This document shows positions 10,875-18,760 of a DNA stretch of 25,617 nucleotides, piece after piece. The position numbers were made by a program, and so were the translations under genes. Under the pieces are notes generated by a model that saw nothing but the letters and a program-made list of their open reading frames with translations, searched no databases and was not told where the DNA came from. Source of the stretch: Planctomycetia bacterium (GTDB taxonomy: Bacteria; Planctomycetota; Planctomycetia; Pirellulales; UBA1268); contig JBJSZP010000411.1 of assembly GCA_046090365.1 (NCBI GenBank), positions 1 to 25,617 of the forward strand. Reading direction: 5' to 3'. Numbering within the stretch: the stretch's first letter is position 1; every line of letters starts with the position of its first letter.

Positions 10875-11891
10875 ATGCCCACCTTGATCCTCCTCGGCCT
10901 CGGCATCCTGGCCGTGGTCGTCGTGTTTGGGCTGCTCGCCCGCTACCTGCGGCTGTGGCTGCAGTCGTATGCGTCGAGCGCCGGGATCGGCCTCTTCGAC
11001 CTCGTGGCGATGAGCTTCAAGAAGGTGAGCCCCACCGTCATCGTGCGCAGCAAGATCATGGCCGTGCAGGCCGGCCTCGGCGACTCGTCGGGGATCACGC
11101 GGCAGGCGCTCGAGGCCCACTACCTCGCCGGCGGCCGCGTGCCGCTGGTGGTGCAGGCCCTGATCGCGGCCAACAAGGCGAAGATCAAGGAGCTCGACTG
11201 GAAGCTCGCCACCGCGATCGACCTCGCCGGCCGCAACGTGCGGGAGGCCGTGCAGACGAGCGTCTACCCGAAGGTGATCGACTGCCCGGGCAAGAACAGC
11301 GGCCGCGAGTCGCTCGACGCGGTTGCCAAGAACGGCATCCAGTTGAAGGTGCGGGCGCGGGTGACCGTGCGGACGAACCTCAACCAGCTCATCGGCGGCG
11401 CCACCGAGGAGACGATCATCGCCCGTGTCGGCGAGGGCATCGTGTCGGCGATCGGCTCGGCGGAGCGGCACGCCGACGTGCTCGAGAATCCCGACGTGAT
11501 CTCGAAGACCGTGCTCGCCCGCCGGCTCGACGCCAACACCGCGTTCGAGATCGTGTCGATCGACATCGCCGACATCGACGTGGGGGCCAACATCGGCGCC
11601 CGGCTCCAGGCCGACCAGGCCGAGGCCGACACGCGGGTGGCCCGCGCCAACGCCGAGGGCCGGCGGGCGATGGCCGTCGCCCGCGAGCAGGAGATGGTGG
11701 CGAGCATCGAGGAGAGCCGGGCGGCGCTCGTCGAATCGGAGGCCGAGGTGCCGAAGGCGATCGCCGATTCGCTGGCCACCGGCAGCCTCGGGATCGTCGA
11801 CTACTACAAGCTGCGAAACCTCCAGGCCGACACCGACATGCGCCGCACGATCGCCGGAGGCGGCACGCCGGCCCCGGTGGCCCCGTCATGA
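10875..11891 (+). CDS. floA: Flotillin-like protein FloA (YqfA/UPF0365 family)
   Basis: [73 protein letters not shown]. Confidence 0.96.
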   Translation: MPTLILLGLGILAVVVVFGLLARYLRLWLQSYASSAGIGLFDLVAMSFKKVSPTVIVRSKIMAVQAGLGDSSGITRQALEAHYLAGGRVPLVVQALIAANKAKIKELDWKLATAIDLAGRNVREAVQTSVYPKVIDCPGKNSGRESLDAVAKNGIQLKVRARVTVRTNLNQLIGGATEETIIARVGEGIVSAIGSAERHADVLENPDVISKTVLARRLDANTAFEIVSIDIADIDVGANIGARLQADQAEADTRVARANAEGRRAMAVAREQEMVASIEESRAALVESEAEVPKAIADSLATGSLGIVDYYKLRNLQADTDMRRTIAGGGTPAPVAPS

Positions 11892-12562
11892 CGAGCATCG
11901 TCCTCCAGCCGCCGGTCCTGTTCGCAGCCGGTATCGACTGGCTCGAGGCGATTCTTCCGCTCCTGTTCGTCGGCTTCTGGATCCTCTCGCAGGTGTTCGC
12001 CGTGTTGCGGCGTGTGGGCGGTGGTCCGGCGAAGCCGCCGGTCGTCCGGCTGCCCGACGCTCCCCGGCCCGACGAGATGCCGCGGGCGCCGCAGCCGGCC
12101 GGCGACGTCGACCCGCGGGCCGAGCTCGAGAAGCAGATCGCCGATTTTCTCAGGCAGGTGACGGGCGAAAGCGTCGGCCCCGAACGCGCCCCGCCGCGCC
12201 CACGGCCGGCGCCGCAGGCATCGTCGGCCCCCAAGCCGCCCGCCCCGCGGCCCAAGGCGGAGAAGCCGGCGAGGCCGAAGCCCGCCGCGCCGGCGGCTCA
12301 GGCACCGCGGTCGGTCGGCACGCTCACCGCCGGGCCCTCGGACGTGGCCCGGCATGTGCAGGATGCCTTCGCGCACGACCTCGGCCACCTGCACTCGGGG
12401 CTCGAGAAGGTCACCGATGAACCGGCGAAGGTGGCCCCTGCGAGACCTGCGGCCCGCGGCCTCTCGGCCCGCGACCTCGTGGCCGCGGCCCGCGACCCGG
12501 CCACGATCCGCCAGGCGATCCTCCTGCGCGAGATCCTCGAGCGGCCAGTCGATCGCTGGTAG
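11888..12562 (+). CDS. Membrane-anchored Pro-rich hypothetical protein (position of yqfB in floA operons)
   Basis: ATGA overlap with floA; N-terminal TM, Pro/Ala linker, C-terminal [13 protein letters not shown] motif. Confidence 0.8.
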   Translation: MTSIVLQPPVLFAAGIDWLEAILPLLFVGFWILSQVFAVLRRVGGGPAKPPVVRLPDAPRPDEMPRAPQPAGDVDPRAELEKQIADFLRQVTGESVGPERAPPRPRPAPQASSAPKPPAPRPKAEKPARPKPAAPAAQAPRSVGTLTAGPSDVARHVQDAFAHDLGHLHSGLEKVTDEPAKVAPARPAARGLSARDLVAAARDPATIRQAILLREILERPVDRW

Positions 12563-12577
12563 GGCGCGGCGCGATCT

Positions 12578-12639
12578 GGAGCCGCAGATTGTCTATCTGC
12601 GGAATGCTTTTGGGTGCAGATTGAACAATCTGCACCTAC
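12578..12639. repeat. Inverted REP-like doublet, GCAGATT family, between convergent genes
   Basis: GGAG-CCGCAGAT-TGTCT-ATCTGCGG (12578-12602) and, on the minus strand, GTAG-GTGCAGATT-GTTC-AATCTGCAC (12614-12639). Confidence 0.8.
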
Positions 12640-12653
12640 CTTGGGCCGCAGAG

Positions 12654-14138
12654 TCAGCGGGTGAGCGCGCCGTCGCCGGCGGGGGTGGCGGCGAGCCGTG
12701 GGCGGGCTTCGGAGGCCACCATGTAGGGCCGCTTGTATTCGGGCATGTAGCCCTGCGCCCCGCGCACCGACACCTGCTGGCCCACGAGCGGCGCGAGGTT
12801 GAGGCCGGTCTGCGGCGTCACGAACACGAGCACCGTGTTTTGCTCGTCCACGATCGCCCAGCGCGGGGCATCGGGCCGGCGCGACACGACCGTCGCGAGC
12901 CGGCCGGTCATCTCCGTCGTCGAAGGAGGCGTCCACGTGGGCTGGCCGTCGGCGGGGCCGCCGCCGGGCAGCACGCCCGGTCGCACGGGCCGCGAGCCGA
13001 GCGCCGAGAGGCTCGACCACATGCTGCCGAGGCGGAGGGGCGATGCGTCGGCCGGCTGCGCCGAGGCGAGCGCCTGGTACTTGCCCTGGATCGCCTCGAA
13101 CCGCGAGAGCCGGGCGTCGATCGCCTCCGCCCGGAGACGGTCGGCCTGCGACGTCGTCTTCGCGGCGGCCACCCGGAGCCGCTCCCGGATCTGGGCGAGG
13201 TTCATCTGGTCGGGCGGGCCGGTGACCGCGAGCGACAGGGCGAGGTCGATGTCGGCTAGTTCGTCGGTGGCGACCGCTCCGCCTCCGCTTGCGACCGCGA
13301 CGGGCCCGGGCTGGGCCGTCGCCTCGAGCACGCCGCTGCCCATCGGCAGCCAGCCGCCGAACAGGCGCTGCGAAAGGGGCACGGGCTCGAGTGCCGGGGG
13401 CGTGGCCTCCTGTGGCAGCGGCGCGGCGCTCGCCGCGTCGCGCACCTCCTCGACGGCGGCCGCGACGGCGGCGCCGGCGTCTTTGAGGGCGGTGAGGGCC
13501 GAGCCGGCGGTGGCTGCGGCCGCGGCCGGCCGGGGCGCGAAGGCGGCCAGGGCGGGAGGGAGCGCGAGATCGGCCAACTTCGCCCAGCGGAACTCACCCG
13601 CGGGCGGCTCGATCCGCATCCACAGCCCGGCGTGGCGTCCCGAAGGGATGCGCACCTCCTCGAGGATGCGCACGCGTTCGCCGGCCTCGAGCCGCACCTG
13701 CGCGACGTGCCGGAGGTCGTTGAGCTGCGACCCGATCCGGGCCACGGCCCCGTCCTCCACGATCACGCCGATGCGGCCTGCGGCGGACGCCGTGTCCTGC
13801 GGACCGTCGTCGAGCAGCGCCTCGTCGTCGATGTCGGCGGCGCGCACCCAGCTGAAGCTGCCAGCCACGGGCCGCACGGCCGCGTAGCCCGAGGCGTCGA
13901 ATGCCCAGATCTCGACTTCGGCGTCGCGGGCGATCCGTTCGGTGGGGTAGAAGTCGTCGCTCGGGCCGGCGCGTAGGTAGGTGTGGTCGGCAGCCACCCG
14001 CACCTTCGCGGGCAGGAGTTTGGTCGAGTCAGTGGGAGGCGGGTCTGCGTCGTCGGCCCGGGAGGCGATGCCGACGGATCCCGCCGCGAGCGCGCACGCG
14101 AGTGCCAGCCTGCGCAGCGACCGATGGAAGCGGGTCAT
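12654..14138 (-). CDS. Exported protein with two putative SH3-like domains
   Basis: Signal peptide from ATG 14138 (MTRFHRSLRRLALACALAAG); YLRAGPSDDFY...SWV and ARIGSQL...WMRIEPPAGEFRW segments resemble bacterial SH3; small beta-rich C-terminal domain. Confidence 0.8.
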   Translation of the reverse strand: MTRFHRSLRRLALACALAAGSVGIASRADDADPPPTDSTKLLPAKVRVAADHTYLRAGPSDDFYPTERIARDAEVEIWAFDASGYAAVRPVAGSFSWVRAADIDDEALLDDGPQDTASAAGRIGVIVEDGAVARIGSQLNDLRHVAQVRLEAGERVRILEEVRIPSGRHAGLWMRIEPPAGEFRWAKLADLALPPALAAFAPRPAAAAATAGSALTALKDAGAAVAAAVEEVRDAASAAPLPQEATPPALEPVPLSQRLFGGWLPMGSGVLEATAQPGPVAVASGGGAVATDELADIDLALSLAVTGPPDQMNLAQIRERLRVAAAKTTSQADRLRAEAIDARLSRFEAIQGKYQALASAQPADASPLRLGSMWSSLSALGSRPVRPGVLPGGGPADGQPTWTPPSTTEMTGRLATVVSRRPDAPRWAIVDEQNTVLVFVTPQTGLNLAPLVGQQVSVRGAQGYMPEYKRPYMVASEARPRLAATPAGDGALTR

Positions 14139-14176
14139 GAACGGCGAATCCATCCGTGGATACACGCCTCGCACAG

Positions 14177-14213
14177 GCGCGTAGACGAGGCTTGGGCATC
14201 CTCGTCTACGCGC
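14177..14213. repeat. Perfect 14-bp hairpin with GTAG/CTAC arms (third REP-like family)
   Basis: GCGCGTAGACGAGG-CTTGGGCAT-CCTCGTCTACGCGC. Confidence 0.65.
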
Positions 14214-14248
14214 TGCCGACGGCCTGCCGGAAGCGGGCCTTCAGGGGT

Positions 14249-14277
14249 CTTGTAGACCACCCGCCGCGGCCGCTCAA
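14249..14277 (-). promoter_or_regulatory. Possible sigma70 promoter for the SH3-like gene, inside a 117-nt inverted repeat
   Basis: TTGAGC-17nt-TACAAG on the minus strand with an upstream A6 tract; weak -10. Confidence 0.35.
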
Positions 14278-14428
14278 GCCGCGATTTTTTCCGCGCGCCG
14301 GGCCCGGGAAACCGGCCCGCCAACGCCACCCAAGACCCCCACTTTGAAGGCCTCGGGCGCGAAGGGGCGGAGACCCGGCAAGGTGCGCCCGGGCGACAGC
14401 AGACAGCATGCCGTGCTGGCGCCGCCGA

Positions 14429-15244
14429 TCAGCCCCAGGGGCTCGTCCAGTCGCCCCAGGCGGCGAGGTAGCGGGCGAGGCCGGGAGCGGCGGCGGAGTG
14501 CTTCTCGATCCAGTCGCGGGCGTCGTCGATGAGGGATTGCTCCTCGGCGAGCGAGAGTTCGCCGGCGACCACGCGCGAGCGGAGGAACACGAAGTAGGTG
14601 TCGAGCACGTCGCCCCGGCAGTAATCGTGGATCTCGGCCTTCTTGCCCGCGTCCCACAGGTCCTGCACCATGTGCCCGGCCACGTCCATCTTGCCGGGCT
14701 TGCCGATCAGGTTCGCCGCGAGCGAGAGGCCGCCAGTGAACCGCGACGCGCCGTTGTTCGTGAGCCACTCGTGCAGGTCGAAGTGGGCGAACGTGGCGTA
14801 GCGGTTGCGGGGCTGGTCGAAGCTGCGCTTGTCCTCGGCGAACCAGTCGGGGATCGACAGGCCGTAGCGGAAGGCACAGATCTCGAGCAGCGGCAGGTCG
14901 AACCCGCGGCCGTTGAAGCTCACGAGCCGGGGGCGGCGATACTTCTGCCAGCCGTCCCAGAACAGCTTCACGATCTCGTGGGGCCGCGACTGGGCCTCGT
15001 CGAGGGCCACGAGATCGATGAGCCGGTAGTCGTGCGCCACCTTGGCGATCACGAGCGACACGGGGAGCTGGAACGTGTAGGGGATGAAGTCCTTGCCGTT
15101 CTCCTCGAGGAGCTCCGCGCGGTACTTCGCGATCGCCTTCGCGGAAGAGAGTTTTTCACCAGGATAGCGCAGGCGGGAGACGAGCTCCCCGTCGGCCACG
15201 CTCTCGATGTCGAACACGAAATACGCCGTGTCGGTCTTGGCCAT
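14429..15244 (-). CDS. Predicted 3'-5' exonuclease related to the PolB exonuclease domain (COG3298/WlaX-like)
   Basis: DEDD motifs: FDIES, VSFNGRGFDLP, HDYCRGDVLDTY. Confidence 0.9.
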   Translation of the reverse strand: MAKTDTAYFVFDIESVADGELVSRLRYPGEKLSSAKAIAKYRAELLEENGKDFIPYTFQLPVSLVIAKVAHDYRLIDLVALDEAQSRPHEIVKLFWDGWQKYRRPRLVSFNGRGFDLPLLEICAFRYGLSIPDWFAEDKRSFDQPRNRYATFAHFDLHEWLTNNGASRFTGGLSLAANLIGKPGKMDVAGHMVQDLWDAGKKAEIHDYCRGDVLDTYFVFLRSRVVAGELSLAEEQSLIDDARDWIEKHSAAAPGLARYLAAWGDWTSPWG

Positions 15245-15247
15245 GCG

Positions 15248-16444
15248 CTACTTCCGCGCGAGGGGATGGCGGAGCGGGAGCCAGGCGCCGTCGGCCTTGC
15301 TCGACGCCACCGACTGCTCGATGAAATACATCCCCTCCACGCCGTCGTGGATGTTGGGATAGACCGTGTGCGTCCGTTCGAACGGCTTGCCGGTGAGGGC
15401 GAGCTCCATGGCGTCGTAGGCGGAGCGGTAGACGTTGGCGAAGGCCTCGAAGAAGGCCTCGGGGTGCCCCGACGGCAGCCGGCAGGCCGCCTTGCCCGCC
15501 GCGTTCATGAACGGGGCGTTGGGGTCGCGGGTGTAGACCCGCAGCGGCTCGCCGTTTTGCCGCACGAGGAGCTGGTTGGGGTTTTCCTGGTGCCACTCGA
15601 GGCTCGCCCGCGTGCCGTCGACCTGGATCCGCAGGTCGTTTTCGCGGCCGTGGCTGATCTGCGAGGCCGTGACCGTGCCGAGGGCGCCGTTCTCGTAGCG
15701 GATCACGGCGTGGCCGTAGTCGTCGAGGGGGCGGCCCGGCTCGAACGTCTTGAGGTTCGCGCTGATCTTCTCCGGGAGCAGGCCGGTCATGTAGCGGCCC
15801 AGGTTGTAGGCGTGCGTGGCGATGTCGCCGAAAGCGCCGGCGGCGCCGCTCTTCGTGGGATCGGTCCGCCAAGCCGCCTGCTTCTGCCCCTCCGCCTCGA
15901 GCCTGGTCCGCAGCCAGCCCTGGATGTATTCGGCCCGGATCGCCTGGATCTCGCCGAGCTCGCCCGAGAGGATCATCTCCCGGGCCTGCCGCACGAGCGG
16001 GTAGCCCGTGTAGTTGTGCGACACGGCGAACACCACGCCCGACTTCTTCACCGCCTCGGCGAGGGCCTCGGCCTCGGCGAGCGTGAGCGTGAGCGGCTTG
16101 TCGCAGACCACGTTAAAGCCCGCCTCGACCGCCCCCTTGGCGACCGGGAAGTGCATGTGGTTCGGCGTCGTCACCGACACGAAGTCGATCCGTTTCCCAG
16201 CCGGCAGGGCCTTCTCGGCGGCGAACATCTCCGCGTAGGAGCCGTAGGCGCGGGCCTCGTCGACGGCATAATCGGCGGCGCTCGCCTTGGAGCGGGCCGC
16301 GTCGCTGGAAAACGCCCCTGCCACGAGCTCCGCCCGGTTGTCGAGCACCGCCGCGGTGACGTGCACGCGGCCGATGAACGAGCCCTGCCCGCCCCCCACG
16401 ATCCCCATCCGCAACTTCCTGCCGAGAGCCCCGTTGGTCGCCAT
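15248..16444 (-). CDS. Gfo/Idh/MocA family oxidoreductase
   Basis: [53 protein letters not shown]. Confidence 0.95.
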   Translation of the reverse strand: MATNGALGRKLRMGIVGGGQGSFIGRVHVTAAVLDNRAELVAGAFSSDAARSKASAADYAVDEARAYGSYAEMFAAEKALPAGKRIDFVSVTTPNHMHFPVAKGAVEAGFNVVCDKPLTLTLAEAEALAEAVKKSGVVFAVSHNYTGYPLVRQAREMILSGELGEIQAIRAEYIQGWLRTRLEAEGQKQAAWRTDPTKSGAAGAFGDIATHAYNLGRYMTGLLPEKISANLKTFEPGRPLDDYGHAVIRYENGALGTVTASQISHGRENDLRIQVDGTRASLEWHQENPNQLLVRQNGEPLRVYTRDPNAPFMNAAGKAACRLPSGHPEAFFEAFANVYRSAYDAMELALTGKPFERTHTVYPNIHDGVEGMYFIEQSVASSKADGAWLPLRHPLARK

Positions 16445-16579
16445 GCCTCTTCCTTTCCCTGTGCGGAGCGATGATTTGGCCGCCTCGCGCGGGCGGCGAC
16501 GCGAAGCGTAGCAGATGCCGATCGGCCGGTCAGGATGCCGCTCCGGACGAGCGGCCGAGGCGGGCGGCCCGCCCGGCGG

Positions 16580-16609
16580 TTGCCGCCGCCCCCCACGCCG
16601 CGCTACGAT
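16580..16609 (+). promoter_or_regulatory. Putative promoter of a leaderless rhomboid transcript
   Basis: TTGCCG-18nt-TACGAT, 7 nt upstream of ATG 16617. Confidence 0.5.
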
Positions 16610-16616
16610 GCCTCGG

Positions 16617-17510
16617 ATGGGATTCTCCGACCGCGGCTACTACCGCTCCGAGCCGTCGAACGCCTTCCTCCAGGAATGGACCGGCGTGCTCACGCTCATC
16701 GTGGCGAACGTGGCCATCTGGGTGGCGAACCTGCTCGGGGCGAACGAGTTTCCCGTGAACCGGTTCCTCGCCCTCCAGGGCGACCTCCCGCAGCACCTCC
16801 TCAAGGTGTGGGAACTGGTCACCTACGGCTTCGTGCACGACTCGTTCAATCCGTGGCACCTCGTCGTCAACATGCTCACGCTCTGGTTCTTCGGCCGCGT
16901 GGTCGAGGAGGTGATGGGGCGGGCCGAGTTCTTCCGCTTCTATTTCACGGCGATCGTGCTCGCGGGCATCGCCTGGCTCGTGAGTGTGCAGATGGGCCAC
17001 CCGCTCCAGGCGGCCCGGTTCTCGCTCGTGGGCGCCAGCGGCGCCGTGATGGCCGTGCTCGCCGTCTTCATCTGGTACTTCCCGCGGCAGACGCTCCTCA
17101 TCTGGGGCGTGCTCCCCGTGCCGGCCTGGGCGCTCGGCCTCCTGTATTTCGTGTCGGACGTGCAGGGCGCGGCCTCGGGCGGCGGCAACGTGGCCCACGT
17201 GGCCCACATCGCCGGCGCGATCTTCGGACTTCTCTACGCCTGGCGTGGCTGGAACCTCGGCGGCCTCGCCGACGTCGGCGCCGCCTTCCGCCGCCGCCGG
17301 ATGCGCGTGGTGCGGCCCGACGACGACCGCGCCGCCCCGCGGCCCGCCGCCCGCCCCCGCGAACCCGAGCGGCTCGACCCCGACCTCCAGGAGCAGGTCG
17401 ACCGGATCCTCGAGAAGATCAGCCGCTCGGGCGAATCGAGCCTCACGACCACCGAACGCGACACGCTCACGCAGGCCAGCCGCCGCCTCAAGGAACGCTC
17501 GCGCTCGTAA
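16617..17510 (+). CDS. Rhomboid family intramembrane serine protease with a C-terminal helical extension
   Basis: WELVTYGFVH, HLVVNMLTLWFFG, GASG catalytic Ser, AHVAHIAG catalytic His, QEQVDRILEKIS tail; start MGFSDRGYY chosen (16608 is an alternative). Confidence 0.95.
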   Translation: MGFSDRGYYRSEPSNAFLQEWTGVLTLIVANVAIWVANLLGANEFPVNRFLALQGDLPQHLLKVWELVTYGFVHDSFNPWHLVVNMLTLWFFGRVVEEVMGRAEFFRFYFTAIVLAGIAWLVSVQMGHPLQAARFSLVGASGAVMAVLAVFIWYFPRQTLLIWGVLPVPAWALGLLYFVSDVQGAASGGGNVAHVAHIAGAIFGLLYAWRGWNLGGLADVGAAFRRRRMRVVRPDDDRAAPRPAARPREPERLDPDLQEQVDRILEKISRSGESSLTTTERDTLTQASRRLKERSRS

Positions 17511-17527
17511 CCAATTTCGCGCGCGCC

Positions 17528-17833
17528 GGCTTCGGGCTCCCCGTATCCCGTCGCCGGACGTTCGCCTGCGCCCTCCAGGCTCCGGCTCACTCGACTCCGG
17601 CTGCGCTCCGCCTGGCGGCTTTCGCGCCGTCGCCGCCGTCCCGGCGTCGGCTCCGGCTTACGGTCGCCGGGCATAGCCCGGCTTCCACACGCGAACGTCA
17701 GGGCCGGAGGCCCGGGTGATCACCAGCCGACGGAGGTCGGCAAAGCGAACAGCGGCACGATGCCGGGTGTTCGCGTGAAGATGGCTGCGCTTGCCTACAT
17801 ACGCCTGCTCCAGGACACGGGGAGCCCGAAGCC
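17528..17833. mobile_element. Unit U1: 306-bp MITE/REPIN-like element with 17-bp perfect TIR and hairpin cargo
   Basis: GGCTTCGGGCTCCCCGT (17528-17544)/ACGGGGAGCCCGAAGCC (17817-17833); 17783-17833 is identical to the reverse complement of 25517-25567. Confidence 0.75.
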
Positions 17834-17853
17834 TCCTCAACTGGGAAAGAGGA

Positions 17854-17995
17854 GGCTCGGGGCTGCCCATGCCCTTGAGCGGGCTGTGGGAGCGAGCGCA
17901 GGCATGGATGCCGAAAGCGAAGCGCACACGCAGAGAGCCGAAGCCTGGAGGGCTGAGGCGAACGTCAAGCGAGAGGGCGTGGGCAGTCACGAGCC
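17854..17995 (-). mobile_element. Unit U2 copy A: 142-bp TIR-bounded palindromic element
   Basis: Ends GGCTCGGGGCTGCCC/GGGCAGTCACGAGCC; the reverse complement matches 22662-22802 with 14 mismatches and 1 gap by hand alignment. Confidence 0.8.
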
Positions 17996-18014
17996 GGCGC
18001 GTACCTGTAGCCGG

Positions 18015-18037
18015 TGACAGACTGAAGACTGTCCCAC
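18015..18037 (-). repeat. REP-like unit, GACAGGC family
   Basis: GTGG-GACAGTC-TTCA-GTCTGTC-A on the minus strand. Confidence 0.75.
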
Positions 18038-18047
18038 CTGCGGCGCC

Positions 18048-18677
18048 TTAGCGTGTGAGGCCGGTTGGGATCGCGGCAGTGCGCTGCTCGGGGCGGGCCT
18101 GCAGGCGCAGGGCGTCGATCGTGGCCACGAGTTCGCGCATCTTGACGTCGTCGACGCGGCCCGAGAGCACGGCATGCACTTCGCCGCGCGGGTTGACGAG
18201 CACCACGTTGGGCGCGCCGGGCACGATGCCGTAGGCGTGCTCGAGCCGGCCTTCGAAGTCGAGCCACACCGGGACGAAGGGGGAGTCTTTGCGGAGCTGT
18301 GCGCGGGCCACCGGCTGGAGCGCCTTGGGGATTTCGGGCAGGCTCGCGACGGCGACCACGTGCACGTCGGGCAGCCGCACGCCGGCCGGCCAGCCGGCGA
18401 GGCCGATCACGGGCTGGCGACACCATTCCGTGGCCGGGGCGGTGGCGGCGGTGGGGTGGAAGTGGAGGTGGAGCCGGCGGCCGAGTTCCTGCGCTGCCTC
18501 GCCCCCCTTGCGCTCCGCATACACGAGCACGACCACGTCGCCGCGCAGCATGCCGGTCTCGTGGCGGTGCTTGAACTGATCTTCCATCGCGATGTTCACG
18601 ACGCGCTCGGGAGGCTGTCCGGCAGTGGGCGAGGCGAAGAGCGAGACGAGGACGACCGCGGTGACGAGGGTGCGCAT
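18048..18677 (-). CDS. Exported hypothetical protein, thioredoxin/AhpC-like fold without CxxC
   Basis: Signal peptide from ATG 18677 (MRTLVTAVVLVSLFAS); EDQF..., VVVLVYA, VWLDFEGRLEHAYG, NVVLVNPRGEV pattern typical of Trx-like folds. Confidence 0.75.
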   Translation of the reverse strand: MRTLVTAVVLVSLFASPTAGQPPERVVNIAMEDQFKHRHETGMLRGDVVVLVYAERKGGEAAQELGRRLHLHFHPTAATAPATEWCRQPVIGLAGWPAGVRLPDVHVVAVASLPEIPKALQPVARAQLRKDSPFVPVWLDFEGRLEHAYGIVPGAPNVVLVNPRGEVHAVLSGRVDDVKMRELVATIDALRLQARPEQRTAAIPTGLTR

Positions 18678-18760
18678 GGCGGCTCCGGGGAGAGGGAGGG
18701 ATCGGGGAAGTACCGCGCGGCCGGATGCGGACACAAGGGCGGTTTCCCAGCGGGAGGCTG

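Noticed and set aside
14236-14352. Assignment as 6S RNA, SRP RNA, tmRNA or c-di-GMP riboswitch
   Set aside because: I could not see the diagnostic motifs or lengths by eye; kept only as an unassigned structure.
17528-17995. CRISPR array or integron attC interpretation of the repeats
   Set aside because: No regularly spaced direct repeats with unique spacers, no cas or intI gene, and no gene cassettes flanked by RYYYAAC/GTTRRRY ends.
17658-18051. Short ORFs inside the mosaic element (17760-18017, 17791-18051, 17658-17990; also 22495-22770 and 25226-25504)
   Set aside because: They are translations of the palindromic repeats; the same peptide strings recur in different frames and strands.
18685-18705. 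GGGGAGAGGGAGGG resembling the uvrA palindrome family
   Set aside because: Only a half-site with no complementary arm; probably a purine-rich chance match.
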